DNA from: Octopus vulgaris
Taxonomy: Eukaryota
NCBI GenBank assembly: GCA_951406725.2
Contig: OX597821.1
Coordinates: 26,102,001-26,166,000, forward strand
Direction of reading: 5' to 3'
DNA: 64,000 nucleotides
Made by a program: the position numbers and the translations under genes. A model generated the notes under the pieces. The model was given only the letters and a program-made list of their open reading frames with translations, did not search any database and was not told where the DNA came from. This document shows positions 13,429 to 26,005 of this stretch, piece after piece. Within the stretch, counting starts at the first letter, position 1. The number at the start of each line of letters is the position of its first letter.

Positions 13429-13471
13429 GTCAGATTACGTGATTTCGATCTTCCTTGATCTCATCGGTGAC
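13429..13471 (-). ncRNA. Minimal Type I hammerhead-like motif (U4C variant)
   Basis: Minus strand: gtca CCGATGA gatc-aaggaa-gatc GAAA tcacgtaa TC tgac; stems I and II pair perfectly and stem III is near-palindromic. Confidence 0.6.
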
Positions 13472-13747
13472 GTACACTTGATTGCTAAAGCTAACAGCGA
13501 CTCATCTCTCCGCTAGCGATATATAGGAAATCAGTGCCAGCGCAGACATTGGTATCGCGGTTTGCCAATTAGCTTGTTTAAAACATATATATTAGCGACA
13601 GAGGCAGTTTTAATACCGAGAAGTAATATGTATGCCGACTTAAACGTGGGTGTTCTGTTAGAACAAGCTATACTGCAGTAGATAGTATGAGAGAAATTCA
13701 GGTGATCTGGTCGTCTTCACGCTGGAGACGGCGGGGATTTATCTCTC

Positions 13748-14195
13748 GGATCTTTTCGGTTTGAACGGCAGTTTTTTTTTCTAGCGGTGTCATATGAAAT
13801 TGTCACCCATAATTATGACCCTAGTATCGATCTATTGCATTTCAACCTGTTTTAGGGTTAGGGTTGGTTAGGGTTAGTTAGGGTTAGGGTTATGGGTGGA
13901 GAGAAGGGTATCTTTTTTTTCTTCAGAAATGCAAATAAACCCAATCTGTTTCTTAAACGAGAGACATATTCATACGACACAGAATGTTTTTTTTACCTCA
14001 ATAGACGTCATCGATTGGTTGAAATTGCAAAAATTGAAAAAAAACCCAGCAAATATCTTACAAACTATAGAATTTTCTCAATAAAGCCCAGAGAAAAAGA
14101 TGTTTTATAAACACATTCTACCAGTGTACGAAGTTTAAAATTTTTTAGTTACCTAGAAATTATGTTAAAAACTGCCGTTCAAACCGAAAAGATCC
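13748..14195 (+). mobile_element. Family D MITE, complete
   Basis: TIRs GGATCTTTTCGGTTTGAACGGCAGTTTTT at both ends; perfect 8-bp TSD TATCTCTC; TTAGGG array at about 13852-13897. Confidence 0.92.
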
Positions 14196-15827
14196 TATCT
14201 CTCCGTTAGCTATATAAACAAGCGTGCATTTTGCACCAAAAGCCAATATGAGAGATTCTCTCACGGTATCTACCGCAGTATAGTTTGTTCTAACAGAACA
14301 TCCGTGTTTAAGAGGGGATAAATATTACATCGCATACAGTAGAGCCACTTTAAGGGCCAAATGGAGTTGTTCACCATACTGCTTGACCTTACACATCAGC
14401 GTAACAACAACTACGAACAACACCGCTAACAACACGTTCACCACCACCACCACCACCACCACCACCACCACCACCACCACCACCACCATTACTACAAACT
14501 TCATTACCAACACCATTACTATTACCATCACTTTCATGACCACTGCCACCACCTCCACCACCACCACCAGCACCACCTTCATCCACTTCCTCCTCCACAT
14601 CTTAATCATCATAATCTCCCCTATCACCATCTTCACCCTCCCCCTCTTCATCATAACAACTCTAGAAAATTGAATAACACACAACTAGGTCGTATTTACC
14701 GTCCAATAAACAGACTGGAATTGCCAGTCATATTCCCTCACACACACACACACACACACACACATGTACGCACACAGCTCACAATACGCACACACACACA
14801 CTTTCTTGTTTTGTTTTTCCTCAGACGACCACCCACACTCCCTCACACATATCCTCTCCCTTTAGAACAGCAAGCGTTGTTAATTTAGATAGACCCGGCA
14901 ACTATTTCCCGACCCCCCACAGCTGATATATCCATCATACTGCTGATTACTAGAAGGAAATACAAGATCTTAGGTCGCAGCGGATTGGCGGTGGAGAAGT
15001 AGGACTTAGCCTAAGAGTTGCGGTGGAAGGAACTCATGATTGCACTCCACCTTCCTTCCTCGTCTCACTCTGTCTTCAGTTGAACTGGGTCGACGAATGA
15101 TGAAGTCAGCTAACCCCACTCCACACACGCAAAAAGCTTTTATACGTATACTTAGATATAAAAATAGTCAACCACACAATACATTTAAGCATCACGTTAA
15201 CTTTTACAAAGGAAAAAAGCTGACTGACTTCGAAGGTTTGCCTCCGATGCCTAGGACTATTGAACGAAACCAAACAGAGTCAACAACATTTTAAAGTTAC
15301 GATCAACCTTTTCTTCGTATGTGTGTGTGTGGATCAATTTCGGTTTTAAGTCTGGTGTTGTGACTGCTGTTGAAGTTCCTTAGCACAGGTAAGTTCTCTC
15401 CGAGTAGGCCTATCATCAAAGATAGACTAGCTGTAAACTTGTAATTTTAGAGGGGTGGTAAGTAGCTTGCTTACCAACCACATCGTTCCGGGTTCAGTCC
15501 CACTGCGTGGCATCTTGGGCAAGTGTCTTCTACTACAGCCTCGGGCCGACCAAAGCCTTGTGAGTGGATTTGGTAGACAGAAACTGAAAGAAGGCCGTCG
15601 TATATATATATATAGCAATAATAAATCTCTGAGCGAGATGTAAACAGTAACTGCTCGACAACGTAAAGTATACTAGCCATCTCAATATGGCTAACCACTA
15701 AGGGTGGGTGTTACTGTAGCTTTTAGCCCCAGGAGATCATCGTCTCCAGCTGGCTTTAGGCACACTTTCTGTGCTCTTATGGTATTTGCAAAGGGAGGTC
15801 ATCCCTCTCTCGTAAACCTAAGTGATA

Positions 15828-15872
15828 CGCACGGACTGCAGTTTCGAGGTATTTGCCTCTTGTCAACGTACG
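15828..15872 (-). ncRNA. Degenerate minimal hammerhead-like motif in a Penelope-like repeat (about 15660-15950)
   Basis: Minus strand: cgtacg TTGACAA gagg-caaata-cctc GAAA ctgcag TC cgtgcg; all three stems supported, two core substitutions relative to CTGACGA. Confidence 0.55.
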
Positions 15873-16579
15873 GCAATCACCGGTTTTCGATGAAGGGAGA
15901 TCTGTTTGCAAATACTCATTGTTTTTCCCAGTAACTTCCGTCACTGATTACTAATAAAGATATCATCCTTTGATTAGGTCTCCTCAAAAGATCATTATAG
16001 TGAAGTTTCTGTGTCCCATGCCAGTGATTTCCAAAGAACATCTTTACTGCAAACTACTGCATATTTGTTTTTTGTTTTGTTTTGTTTTTGTTGTTTGTTT
16101 GTTTTTTTGCTTTGTTATGTCTCCAGTGTGTCTAGAGATTAATTACTTTTCCATATTTGTATCAAATCAATTTACTTTTGCTCAATGATGAAGGTAACAA
16201 GCTAACAGAATCGTTAGTGCATCGAGTAAAAATATTTAGCGGCCTTTCCTCCGGCTCATAAAACACCCAGTTCGACTTAGCCTTTCGAAGTCGATAAAAT
16301 ACCAGCTTAACACTGGCGTCGATGTAATTGGCTTACATCCTTCCTTAAAACTGTTGGACTTGTACCAAAATTCGAATTATTATATAATGATGCACATTCT
16401 TTCTTTATTTTCATATCTTATCATCGAAATATCGATGGGAATTCAATAATGGGCAATCCAGTAGGCAACGCATTGCTTGGAGTGTTCCACAGTTACAGAA
16501 AGATAGTTTTGTGTGATGATGTGCTCATTATGTTACTGTATCTGTTTTGTCCAGTGGTTTTCAACCATTTTTTTGCCTA

Positions 16580-16743
16580 TAGGTGTAGGAGTGGCTGTGT
16601 GGTAAGTAGCTTGCTTACTAACCACATCGTTCCGGGTTCAGTCCCACTGCGTGGCATCTTGGGCAAGTGTCTTCTAGTATAGCCTCGGGCCGACCAAAGC
16701 CTTGTGAGTGGATTTAGTAGACATAAACTGAAAGAAGCCTGTC

Positions 16744-16840
<97 letters not shown>

Positions 16841-17066
16841 CGCGTGTGTGTGTGTTTGTGTGTCTGTGTTTGTCCCCCCAACATCGCTTGACAACTGATG
16901 CTGGTGTGTTTACGTCCCCGTAACTTAGCGGTTCAGCAAAAGAGGCCGATAGAATAAGTACTAGGCTTACAAAGAATAAGTCCTTGGGTCGATTTGCTCG
17001 ACTAAAGGCGGTGCTCCAGCATGGCCACAGTCACATGGCTGAACCAAGTAAAAGAGTAAAAGAGTA
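16580..17066 (+). mobile_element. SINE family B, full length
   Basis: Head, CORE-like block, internal (TA)n(TG)n and AAAAGAGT tail. Confidence 0.88.
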
Positions 17067-17299
17067 TGGACACCTTCGATCCCTATTTTACTTGGTTGGA
17101 GCCTCACAGTCATTCGACGTTTAAAAAATCCTTTTATATATTTTTATAATCAAATATTATTAGAAATTGTATAAAGAGGATTAAAATATTTTGTGTATTG
17201 TAGAAGTATTAACAATTCAGGCGCAGGTATGGCTGTGAGGTAACAAGCTTGTTTCCCAAATACATGGTTCCGAGTTCAGTCCCACTGCGTGGGACCTTG

Positions 17300-18160
17300 G
17301 GCATATTTTGCTTTATGAGTTCAATAAAGACAACGATGCAACGGAAAGTGCGAAGAATATTAATGCAGTATATGAGGATCGGACAATAAGCGTAACCCAG
17401 TGTCAACGGTCGTTCAAGAAATTCCGAGCCAGAAACTACAGCCTAGAAGACGAGCCTCATCCTGGAAGTTCTGCAGAGCTCGACGAGGACGTCCTGCAAA
17501 CACTGGTGGAACAAAATCCCCTCGTAACTGTTAAGGACCAAGCAGAGAAGCTTGGATTTGGTCATTCAATCATTCATCGGCACTTGTGTGCCATTGGAAA
17601 AGTCAGCAAATTGGGTCAATGGATTCTTCACAAACTTTCCGAGCCTAATCGCACCCAGAGTGTGAATGTATGCTTTTCTTTGCTGTCACGTTTCACGTAT
17701 GAACCTTTTTTGGACCGAATAGTGACTGGTGAGGAGAAATGGGTTATCTATAAAAATGTCAAGTGCCGAAGATAGTGGGTAAGGGAAAAGAGAAACACCG
17801 GCAACCCAGGCTAAAGAAGGTCTTCACCTACGTGAGGTGTTGTTATCTGTTTGGTGGGATATGAAAGGTTTAATTCACTTCAAACTTTAAACCCAAACCA
17901 AAAGATAACAAACACCTACTGAGAACAGCTTGAGAAAAAAGACCATCTTTGGTTTCAAGACGAGAGGTGTTCTTACGTCAGGATAATGCTCGGCCACATA
18001 CAGCGAGGATGGCATTCCAAAGGCTGGAGCAATTTGAGTGGGAAACGATGCCCTAGCCACCATATTCGCCGGACATTGCCCCATCTGATTATCATCTATT
18101 TTACAGTCTTCAGAAGCATTTGGGCGGAAAAATATGAATTCTGAAGACGAGGTCAGGATC
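17300..18160 (+). pseudogene. Decayed mariner transposase, DD34D (Hsmar1/SETMAR-like)
   Basis: HILLYEF...SLEDEPHPG...KLGQWILHKLS...FLDRIVTGEEKWV...LSVWWDMKG...QDNARPH...PPYSPDIAPSDYHLF; counted 34 residues between the last two Asp; stops and frameshifts present. Confidence 0.92.
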
Positions 18161-18517
18161 ATGTATAGAATGCCTTTTGTTATATGTCCACTCAATCAAG
18201 GATGATAAAGGTTTGAAGAACGGAACATTAACGTTAGGCAACAACATAAACAACACGAATATTATTACTACCATCACTAATAACCCCGCTTTGAACACTA
18301 CCCAGGCAGCCACTACAGCCTGGGTAGTCTTAAGAAATTAAGAGCGATGTAGTGAGTCTCTTGTATACGAAAAGAGGGGATGGTCACAGCTGGAATATAT
18401 TTCTTCACAGGTCGACTTAATCCGAGTTGATAAGGGTTAAACTACAACACATTACGTTAGAAATACCATTAGCAGCAGCAGCAGCAGCAGCAACAACAAC
18501 AACAACAACAATAAGAA

Positions 18518-18552
<35 letters not shown>

Positions 18553-19117
18553 TAGCCACCACTCAGACTACGACGACGACGACGGCGGCGACGGCGGCAA
18601 CCGCTTCTGTATATCAGTACGAAACCTTGCTGTTTCTACGAACATAACTAAAACTACATACCAGACTGGAGATATTTCGTCAGAATATTCCATACGGTTT
18701 CTCCCACATCACTAGAAATAAGTGGAGGAGTAGAAGTGAGGTGATGGGGGTTAGAGGAAGGAGAAATCTAAAGCATTTTCGCTGGAGATGACAACTAGGT
18801 CAATGCCTCCTAATCGAGACCCCAAATCCAGTGTCGTTTTTTGTCAACTTACAGCTTCTCTCTCTTTCTCTCTCTCCCACCGCTAGCTTTCACTACAATC
18901 AGTCTCTGTAATACAACACTTATTACACACGAAACACTAACAAATTTGCTAAATTCACTAGTTTTAACTTTACCTTCCTGGCTTCTTTCCTTCATTCCTT
19001 CATTTTTGTCTTCCTTCTTTTCTTTCCATATAATTTATTCCATTCTGAATTTAGAGACCTTAACACTCCCTCTGTGAGCACATTTTGAGAGCAAAGACAA
19101 AGATTATTATTATTATT

Positions 19118-19762
19118 AAGGCGGCGAGCTGGTAGAATCGTTAGCACACTAGGCAAAATACTTACTGGCATTTCACTCGTCTTTACGTTCCGCGTTCAAA
19201 TTCAGTCGCGGTCGACTTTGCCTTTCACCAAATAAGAACTACAGGAGTCGATGTAATCGAATTATCTCCTCCCCCAACTTTCAGGCCTAGTGCCTATAGT
19301 AGAAAGAATCTTCTTCTTATTATTATTAAGGTGGCAAGCTAGCAGAATCGTTAGCACTCCGGGAAAAATGCTTAGCGGCATTTCAGACATCCTTACGTTT
19401 TGAGTTCAAATTCCGCTGACGTCGACTTTGCCTTTCATCCTTTCGGGGTTATAAATTAACTACCAGTGAAACACTGGAGTCGATGTAATCGACTAGCCCC
19501 CACCCCAATTTCAGGTCTTGTGCCTTTAGTAGAAAGAATTATTAAGGTGGCGTGCTGGCAGAATCGTTAACACGCTGGATAAAATGTTTAGCAGCATTTC
19601 GTCCGTACTATGTTCCGCGTTCAAATTCCACCGAGATCGACTTTGCCCTTTCATTCTTTCAGGGTCGGTAAAATAAGCACCAGTTGAGTACTGGGATCGA
19701 TATAATTGACTTAACCCCTCCCCTTGAAAATGCCACCCATGTGCCAAAATTTGAAGCCATTA
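19118..19762 (+). mobile_element. Three family A SINEs head-to-tail
   Basis: Heads AAGGCGGCGAG or AAGGTGGC at about 19118, 19327 and 19543, each preceded by a (TTA)n run or tail. Confidence 0.85.
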
Positions 19763-19951
19763 TTTTAGTGTTTGTTGTTGTTTTCGTGGCTGTTGTTGCT
19801 TTCTGTTGTATGAGCCGTTCCAAAATCTCAACCAGAGAGCCCAAGAAACAGTAAGTTCGACGTATTACATCTTCAGGGAAAGGAGATCAAATACTAAAGA
19901 TTTGTTGTAATATTTGCTATTTTGAATAATCTTTTTCAAAATCAAATTTTC

Positions 19952-20206
19952 TCAGGTTGATAGTGTTTTTCTTATTATGTGGGCTGTACCCATGACAACA
20001 ATTCTTTGTAGTCCCGATACTTTTGCATTTCTTGGCATTTTATCATGGTACTTAAAAGCGCCATTTAATATTAGCCACAAACCCCCGATGATCACAGGTA
20101 TAGTTGTCGTTCTTAGATGCCACATTTCTGAAATCTCTACTTGAAGATCCTTGTATTTAACGTTTCGAATATTTTCAGAGATATTGCATTCTTCTTGGAT
20201 CAACAT
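19952..20206 (-). mobile_element. 3' fragment of an RLE-type non-LTR retrotransposon (R4/Dong-like)
   Basis: KYKDLQVEISEMWHLRTTTIPVIIGGL...LQRIVVMGTAHIIRKTLS matches the C-terminal restriction-like endonuclease signature (K-Y-x-x-L ... PVVIGALG ... LQK...GTAHI). Confidence 0.8.
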
Positions 20207-20265
20207 GTAATTTTCCCCACAATATTTAGTTTATTGGTCAGAATATCACCAGTATTGCATATCTC

Positions 20266-20678
20266 GGATCTTTTCGGTTTGAACGGCAGTTTTTTCTAGC
20301 GGTGTCATATGAAATTGTCACCCATAATTATGACCCTAGTATTGCATTTCAATCTGTTTTAGGGTTAGGGTTAGGGGTGGGGGGAAGGGTATCTTTTTTT
20401 CTTCACAGATGTAAATAAACCCAATCTGTTTCTTAAACGAGGGATATATTCATTCATACGGCACAGAATGTTTTTTACCTCAATGGATGTAATTGATTGG
20501 TTGAAATTGCAGAAATTGAAGAAAAACAGCAACAAATATCTTACAAACTATAGAATCTTCTCAATAAAGCCAAAAGAAAAAGATGTTTTATAAACACATT
20601 CTACCAGTATACGAAGTTTAACATTTTTTAATTACCTAGAAATTATGTTAAAAACTGCCGTTCAAACCGAAAAGATCC
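20266..20678 (+). mobile_element. Family D MITE, complete
   Basis: Both TIRs intact; perfect 8-bp TSD CATATCTC. Confidence 0.92.
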
Positions 20679-21350
20679 CATATCTCTTAAAGATTTTGGA
20701 ATTATGAAGTGAAGCTGTATGGAATAATATTTTAAAAAATTTATTTTATATAGGGAAATCTTCAACAATTTGATTTGAAAGTCTGTCCATACATGGGTTA
20801 TACTAAATTGTTTTAAACTAAAATTGTGTTTTTAGATAATTTTGTTTTTATTTTTTCTCATTTTCCTACACATATGCATAATATGGTTACACCAAACACC
20901 CACCTAAACAAAAATAATGGCCATTAATGTAAATTCATTGAGATAGAAAAAGAAAAAAAAAAAGAAAAAACTACATGAGAATATTTTGTAGAAAAACACA
21001 GTTTAAAAGAAAAAAATAATGATGATTCTGTAAAATGGACAATTCCAACGACTCATTTGATAACATTCGCACTCACATTTTGCTAAACAAAACAAAAAAA
21101 AAAATAACTGTAGCAAATATGGAAATATTACCTCACAAATGATGGCTAGATATGGACCATCCAGTTGTAAAAAAAAAAAAGAAAGAAAAACAGGTTATCA
21201 GTAATATGAAATCAAAAGAGGCGCGTTTTTGCTTGAAGCTATCATACATGTACAACAAAGGAGGGAAGTGGCTCATTTGTGCACTTTGTAAGTGACATGG
21301 TTTTTATTTGTGTCCTCAAAAGAACGTTTGTTGATAGACCTCACCGATGT

Positions 21351-21699
21351 GTGGAGAGAGAGAGAGGTCTTCCCTGGTGAGTGAATAGGATACATTGGGT
21401 ACTATTGCCTCGTGTATAAAACTGGGGAGGATGAAGAGGCAGGCTAAGCTGATAGACCAAGTGGCTCCTTATGACTGCTACTCTCGCCTTTCTTTGCCCC
21501 ATAACTGAGGCATAAGCACATGGATCTCATGACGTGTTTCGCCAGTGCCGACGGCCATTTTGTCTCCCTCTCCATCTTTAAAGCCTGGCTTTTGGTACCC
21601 TAACCCTGGCCTCATCCGATGTGCTCAATTTCTTGTCACACATCGGGCCACACATCGGGCACACATCCATATCACACATCGGGAACACATCTTGCCACA
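21351..21699 (+). mobile_element. Possible solo LTR
   Basis: GC-richer island bounded by TGTGG...CCACA, internal TATAAAA (about 21415) and CACACATCGGG repeats; no convincing TSD. Confidence 0.3.
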
Positions 21700-22716
21700 C
21701 ACGTCTTCAAAATCTCCTCTGAGTGGTATGTAGGATCTTACTTTATTGTACTTGGGAAGAGCAGAGATATCACACCAAGTACCTGCTCCTTTTCTCGATT
21801 AATTCCCAATATCGAGGCATGATCCCTTGCGACATACTTCGAGTCTTTTATTTCCTTCTCTGCACAGTTTCTTGCAAGTCTATCTCTTTTTGAGTACGTC
21901 TACCTTGGCAAATATTATTACTCTGGCTCACGCTGTTACTGCTGATGCTGCTATTTATTTCTCTGTTTGTTTTACTTTCTTTCGTGAACGTTACCCACGT
22001 CTAATGTGTTGTTAAATCTGACACTAAAGGCGTCGTCACTGTTCACGTCCGAGTCTATAATCTTTTATTTCGAATGTCACTTCAATAATTTGTATTTGTG
22101 GGAGGCGGCGTTTTTTTTTTCCTCCTCTGTGTCTGGAACGCTTTCCCACAATTGTTGGAGTCACCGCTGTCGACAACTCCCACAGATGCCATGTTAAAAA
22201 AAAAAGAGAAAAAAATTAAATAACTCACCACACAAAAAAAAAAGAATGAAAATTAATGTAAAATTATGCACTTTTTATACTACTGTTAAATAAAAATAAT
22301 TCATTCTGAGTGTAGTTCATAAAAAATATAAAAAATTATTCGCTTCAGACTATAGAGCAGAGAAAAAATATTCACGAAAAATATTTAGATCACTATCCAA
22401 CAAGTCTTGCCACGATAACAGCCAACAACAACAATAATAATCCTTTCTACTGCTGGATTTTGTGGGGAGGGGAAAGTCGATCATATCGACCACAGTGCTC
22501 AATTGATACTTGATTTATCGACCCCGAAAGGATGTAAAGCAAAGTCGAGCTTGGCGGAATTTGAACTCAGAACGAAGCGGCAGACGAAATATCGCTTAGC
22601 ATTTCGCGCGGCGTGCTAACGATTCTGCCAGCTCGCCGCCTTAATAACAACAACAACAACAACAACATCAAAAAAAATACCTTAGGAATGAAAACCCAGG
22701 TTAAAAATTTCCCCAA

Positions 22717-22762
22717 AATACCTGATGAAGTCTGGAGGGTGTATCAGCCGAAACGTTGTGTT
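22717..22762 (+). ncRNA. Minimal Type I hammerhead ribozyme candidate with intact core
   Basis: aatac CTGATGA a gtctg-gagggtgtat-cagcc GAAA cg TT gtgtt; core intact, stem I of 5 bp with one G.U pair, stem II with one mismatch; followed by an (AATAATGTA)n tail. Confidence 0.6.
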
Positions 22763-23695
22763 AACAAACAAGATGAGGACAAATATCCGTCAAATATAAA
22801 TAATGTAAATAATGTAATTAATGGTCAAATACTATCAGTATCTCATTTGTTCGTATTGAAACTTGCTTCTTTAAGGCGGTGTAGGTTTCTGTGAATTATT
22901 GGTATCCCTTGAAATTCTTAACATAAGAACCGGAATTAAGTGTCAAATACTACAACCACAGAAAATCCCGTCTTAATACTTTCATGCAAGAATTTCTCTC
23001 AGTTTATTGCCTGAATATCGGCAGAGAACAATTACCCCTCATTTGAATGGAATCAGATGAAATAAATATGATAATACATGCAATATGGCATCCAACTATC
23101 TTGTTATATTGAGCAATCTACGACTGTCCTGCCACTTGAATCAAGCCGAGGAAGCAATTGCTTATATTCCTAAAATTATGTAAAATAAAAGTCAGTTTAT
23201 TAATGATCTAACCTGTTCGAACCGAATCATAAAAATGCTAAATACCAGGTGGAATGCTATAAACTGAATCCGATAGACCACTGACTAGTAACAGCTAGAT
23301 ATTGAACGTAGCAAGATTTATAAAAACCGCTCATTATAGTGGTAAGATTTTAACTCGATTCTGAGCAAAATTTGCCGAAAATTGCCTCCAGGCACTTTCA
23401 ATCAATTATAGATAAATTTTAAAACTAACATCCTTTTAATTTATTTTAAAATCAACTAAAATCCTACATTTAAAGTGAATGATGTAACATTTTCGAATTG
23501 CACATAAAATAATGCCCCTCTATATTGCTATGAATTTCTTATTGATCTCTAGCTATAGAGCGTCTCTTGGTAAATTATTTAGCCATAAATACACAAAATG
23601 GTGCCTAGGCATGGTCACAATCCACCGGCTGAAACAGATAAAAAAAAATTAAAGGAGTAACGCTCATGGCGTTTACAAACCTTCCTTCACGGTAA

Positions 23696-24110
23696 AAGGC
23701 GGCGACCTGGCAGAAACGTTAGCACGCCGGGCGAAATGCGTAGCCGTATTTCGTCTGCCGTTACGTTCTGAGTTCAAATTCCGCCGTGGTCGACTTTGCC
23801 TTTCATCCTTTCGGGGTCGATAAATTAAGTACCAGTTATGCACTGGGGTCGATGTAATCGACTTAATCCGTTTGTTTGTCCTTATTTGTCCTCTCTGTGT
23901 TTAGCCCCTTGTGGGAAGAAAAGAAATAGGTATTTCGTTTGCCGTTACGTTCTGAATTCAAATTCCGCCGAGGTCGACTTTGCCTTTCATCCTTTCGAGG
24001 TCGATAAATTAAGTACCAGTTATGCACTGCGGTCGATATAATCGATTTAATCCGTTTGTCTGTCCTTGTTTTTCCCCTCTATGTTTAGCCCCTTGTAGGC
24101 AATAAACAAA
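23696..24110 (+). mobile_element. SINE family A, two-unit copy
   Basis: Consensus match; TSD AAACCTTCCTT(C/G)ACGGT. Confidence 0.88.
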
Positions 24111-24354
24111 AAAACCTTCCTTGACGGTCAGCTCGAACTTCCATAGTTGATACCAGATGGCTGCAGTGTTAAGTAGCAAAGTATTTTGTTCGAACCGGTG
24201 TCAGCCAGATTGGTTTTTGATCTAATTTACTTCGAAAGGATTGGTTATAATTAATTAAGATTAAATGATATGCATATAGAATGATCAAGATGGCGGAAAT
24301 GTGTCAATAATCGAGGATTATATTTTTTATAAAATGTTAACTTTTACTTTATAA

Positions 24355-24571
24355 TATTGGTTTCACATTTTGACACAAGGACTGCAATTTCGGGAAGGAG
24401 TTAAGTCGATTACATCGACCCCAGTACTCCACTGGTACTTATTTTATCAACCTCGAAAGGATGGAAGGCAAAGTCGGCCTCGGCGGAATTTTAACTCAGA
24501 ATGTGAAGACGGACGAAATGTCACTAAGCATTTCGCCCGGCGTGCTTATCGATTCTGCCAGCTCGCCGCCT
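24355..24571 (-). mobile_element. SINE family A
   Basis: Consensus match; TSD TTTTACTTTATAATATT. Confidence 0.85.
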
Positions 24572-25025
24572 TCTTTTACTTTATAATATTAAGATGACAG
24601 AATCGTGAGAGGATCAGTAAAAGTGATAAAAGTTTTTAAAAAGTGGAGACTAGTACCCCTTATACTATATCAAAGGGTCCGAATCCGATATGTTATCAGC
24701 CGAAGAAACTACATATTGGAGGAACTAGTAATTGTACCAATGTAGTGAACGAATATTTACCAATCAGTTGAGCGTCCCTTTGTTTGCATGCTTGGTTTCG
24801 TAATATCAGTATCAATCCAGATGTGTTAGACCTACGATAATGTGGACGACACTTTGGCTTTGAAAAGAGACAGCAAGCTATTTATAGAGACTTTGCTCTC
24901 GTACATTATTCAGTTGGGTATTGCATATAAAGCTTACTAAGTAGAGTAGCTTGTAGAAGGAGGGGATCTCTTAGTAATGAGAAACGAGTCAAATAGAAGT
25001 ACACAAAACTTTATAAACATACCTG

Positions 25026-25433
25026 TTTCTTTATTACCCACAAGGGGCTAAACATAGAAGGGACAAACAAGGACAGACATAGGTATTAAGTCGATTACAT
25101 CGACCCCAGTGCGTAGCTCGTGCTTAATTTATCGACCCCGAAAGGATGAAAGGCAAAGTCGACCTCGGCGGAATTTGAACTCAGAACGTAACGGCAGACG
25201 AAATACCTATTTCTTTACTACCCACAAGGGGCTAAACACAGAAGGGACAAACAAGGACAGACAAACGGATTAAGTCGATTACATCGACCCCAGTGCGTAA
25301 CTGGTACTTAGATTTATCGACCTCGAAAGGATGAAAGGCAAAGTCGACCTCGGCGGAATTTGAACGTAACGGCAGACGAAATACCGCTAAGCATTTCGGC
25401 AGACGTGCTAACGTTTCTGCCAGCTCGCCGCCC
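25026..25433 (-). mobile_element. SINE family A, two-unit copy
   Basis: Consensus match; TSD CAAAAC(T/A)TTATAAACATACC. Confidence 0.88.
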
Positions 25434-26005
25434 TCAAAACATTATAAACATACCAATTTACGAAAGTAAATGGAAGAGCTCTCCCGGCAAGAGCATATTT
25501 TTGTTTGTTTATAAAATCATATTCTTTGAATAGTTCATTGTTTGAGTTAGCTCACTTTTTGTATATTTTATCTTCTAGTGCAATAGTAGTATGAATTCTC
25601 ATTCAAAATATTGTTGGTTCAAATTCATACGGCTAGATAATTATCAGTAAATTATTTTCATTCCAACACAGGCAGCAGATTTAGTGACACTTTCTTTTTG
25701 TCAAACTCAAGACTTTGACCTTCTTGATACAAGTAAATATTCTAAATTAACAAAGGTTTCGCGAGAACAATAAATATTCCAAGTTTTTTGGAATACATAT
25801 TTCTCGATCTTATGTTCCTGAAGTCCTTCACTCTGAGAAATCATCATAGACTGTAGAACTAGCTTTCGAAGGTCTCCTTGGTACGTGTAGCTATTGTGTC
25901 TATGTGGTTGAAAGTGACTATGATACCGTCTAACAACTGAAGAATATTTTTGAAATCGCTGTTCATAGAAGCGGAGGGCGTCCATTCGTTTGTTAGTTAT
26001 TATGT

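Larger units (their letters stand above)
12923..14323. mobile_element. Fold-back, Penelope-like non-autonomous element with nested RTE and MITE insertions
   Basis: Outer ends are inverted (ATTTATGCCCACTTAAATGTGGATGTCCTG vs CAGAACATCCGTGTTTAAGAGGGGATAAAT). 13320-13440 is inverted against 13700-14290, with a partial direct copy at 13630-13695 and a hammerhead-like motif inside. Confidence 0.55.

Noticed and set aside
13852-13897. Telomere or chromosome-fusion site
   Set aside because: TTAGGG units are short and internal to a TIR element present in five copies.
21700-22200. Possible decayed LINE ORF1 on the minus strand; also the unique segment 7400-8000
   Set aside because: Purine-rich coding-like bias but multiple stops and no diagnostic motif recognisable by eye.
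24285-24305. CAAGATGGCGGAAAT (YY1/ETS-like promoter motif); similar ATGGCGG at 30716
   Set aside because: Short motif with no downstream ORF, donor site or CpG-rich context; could be chance.
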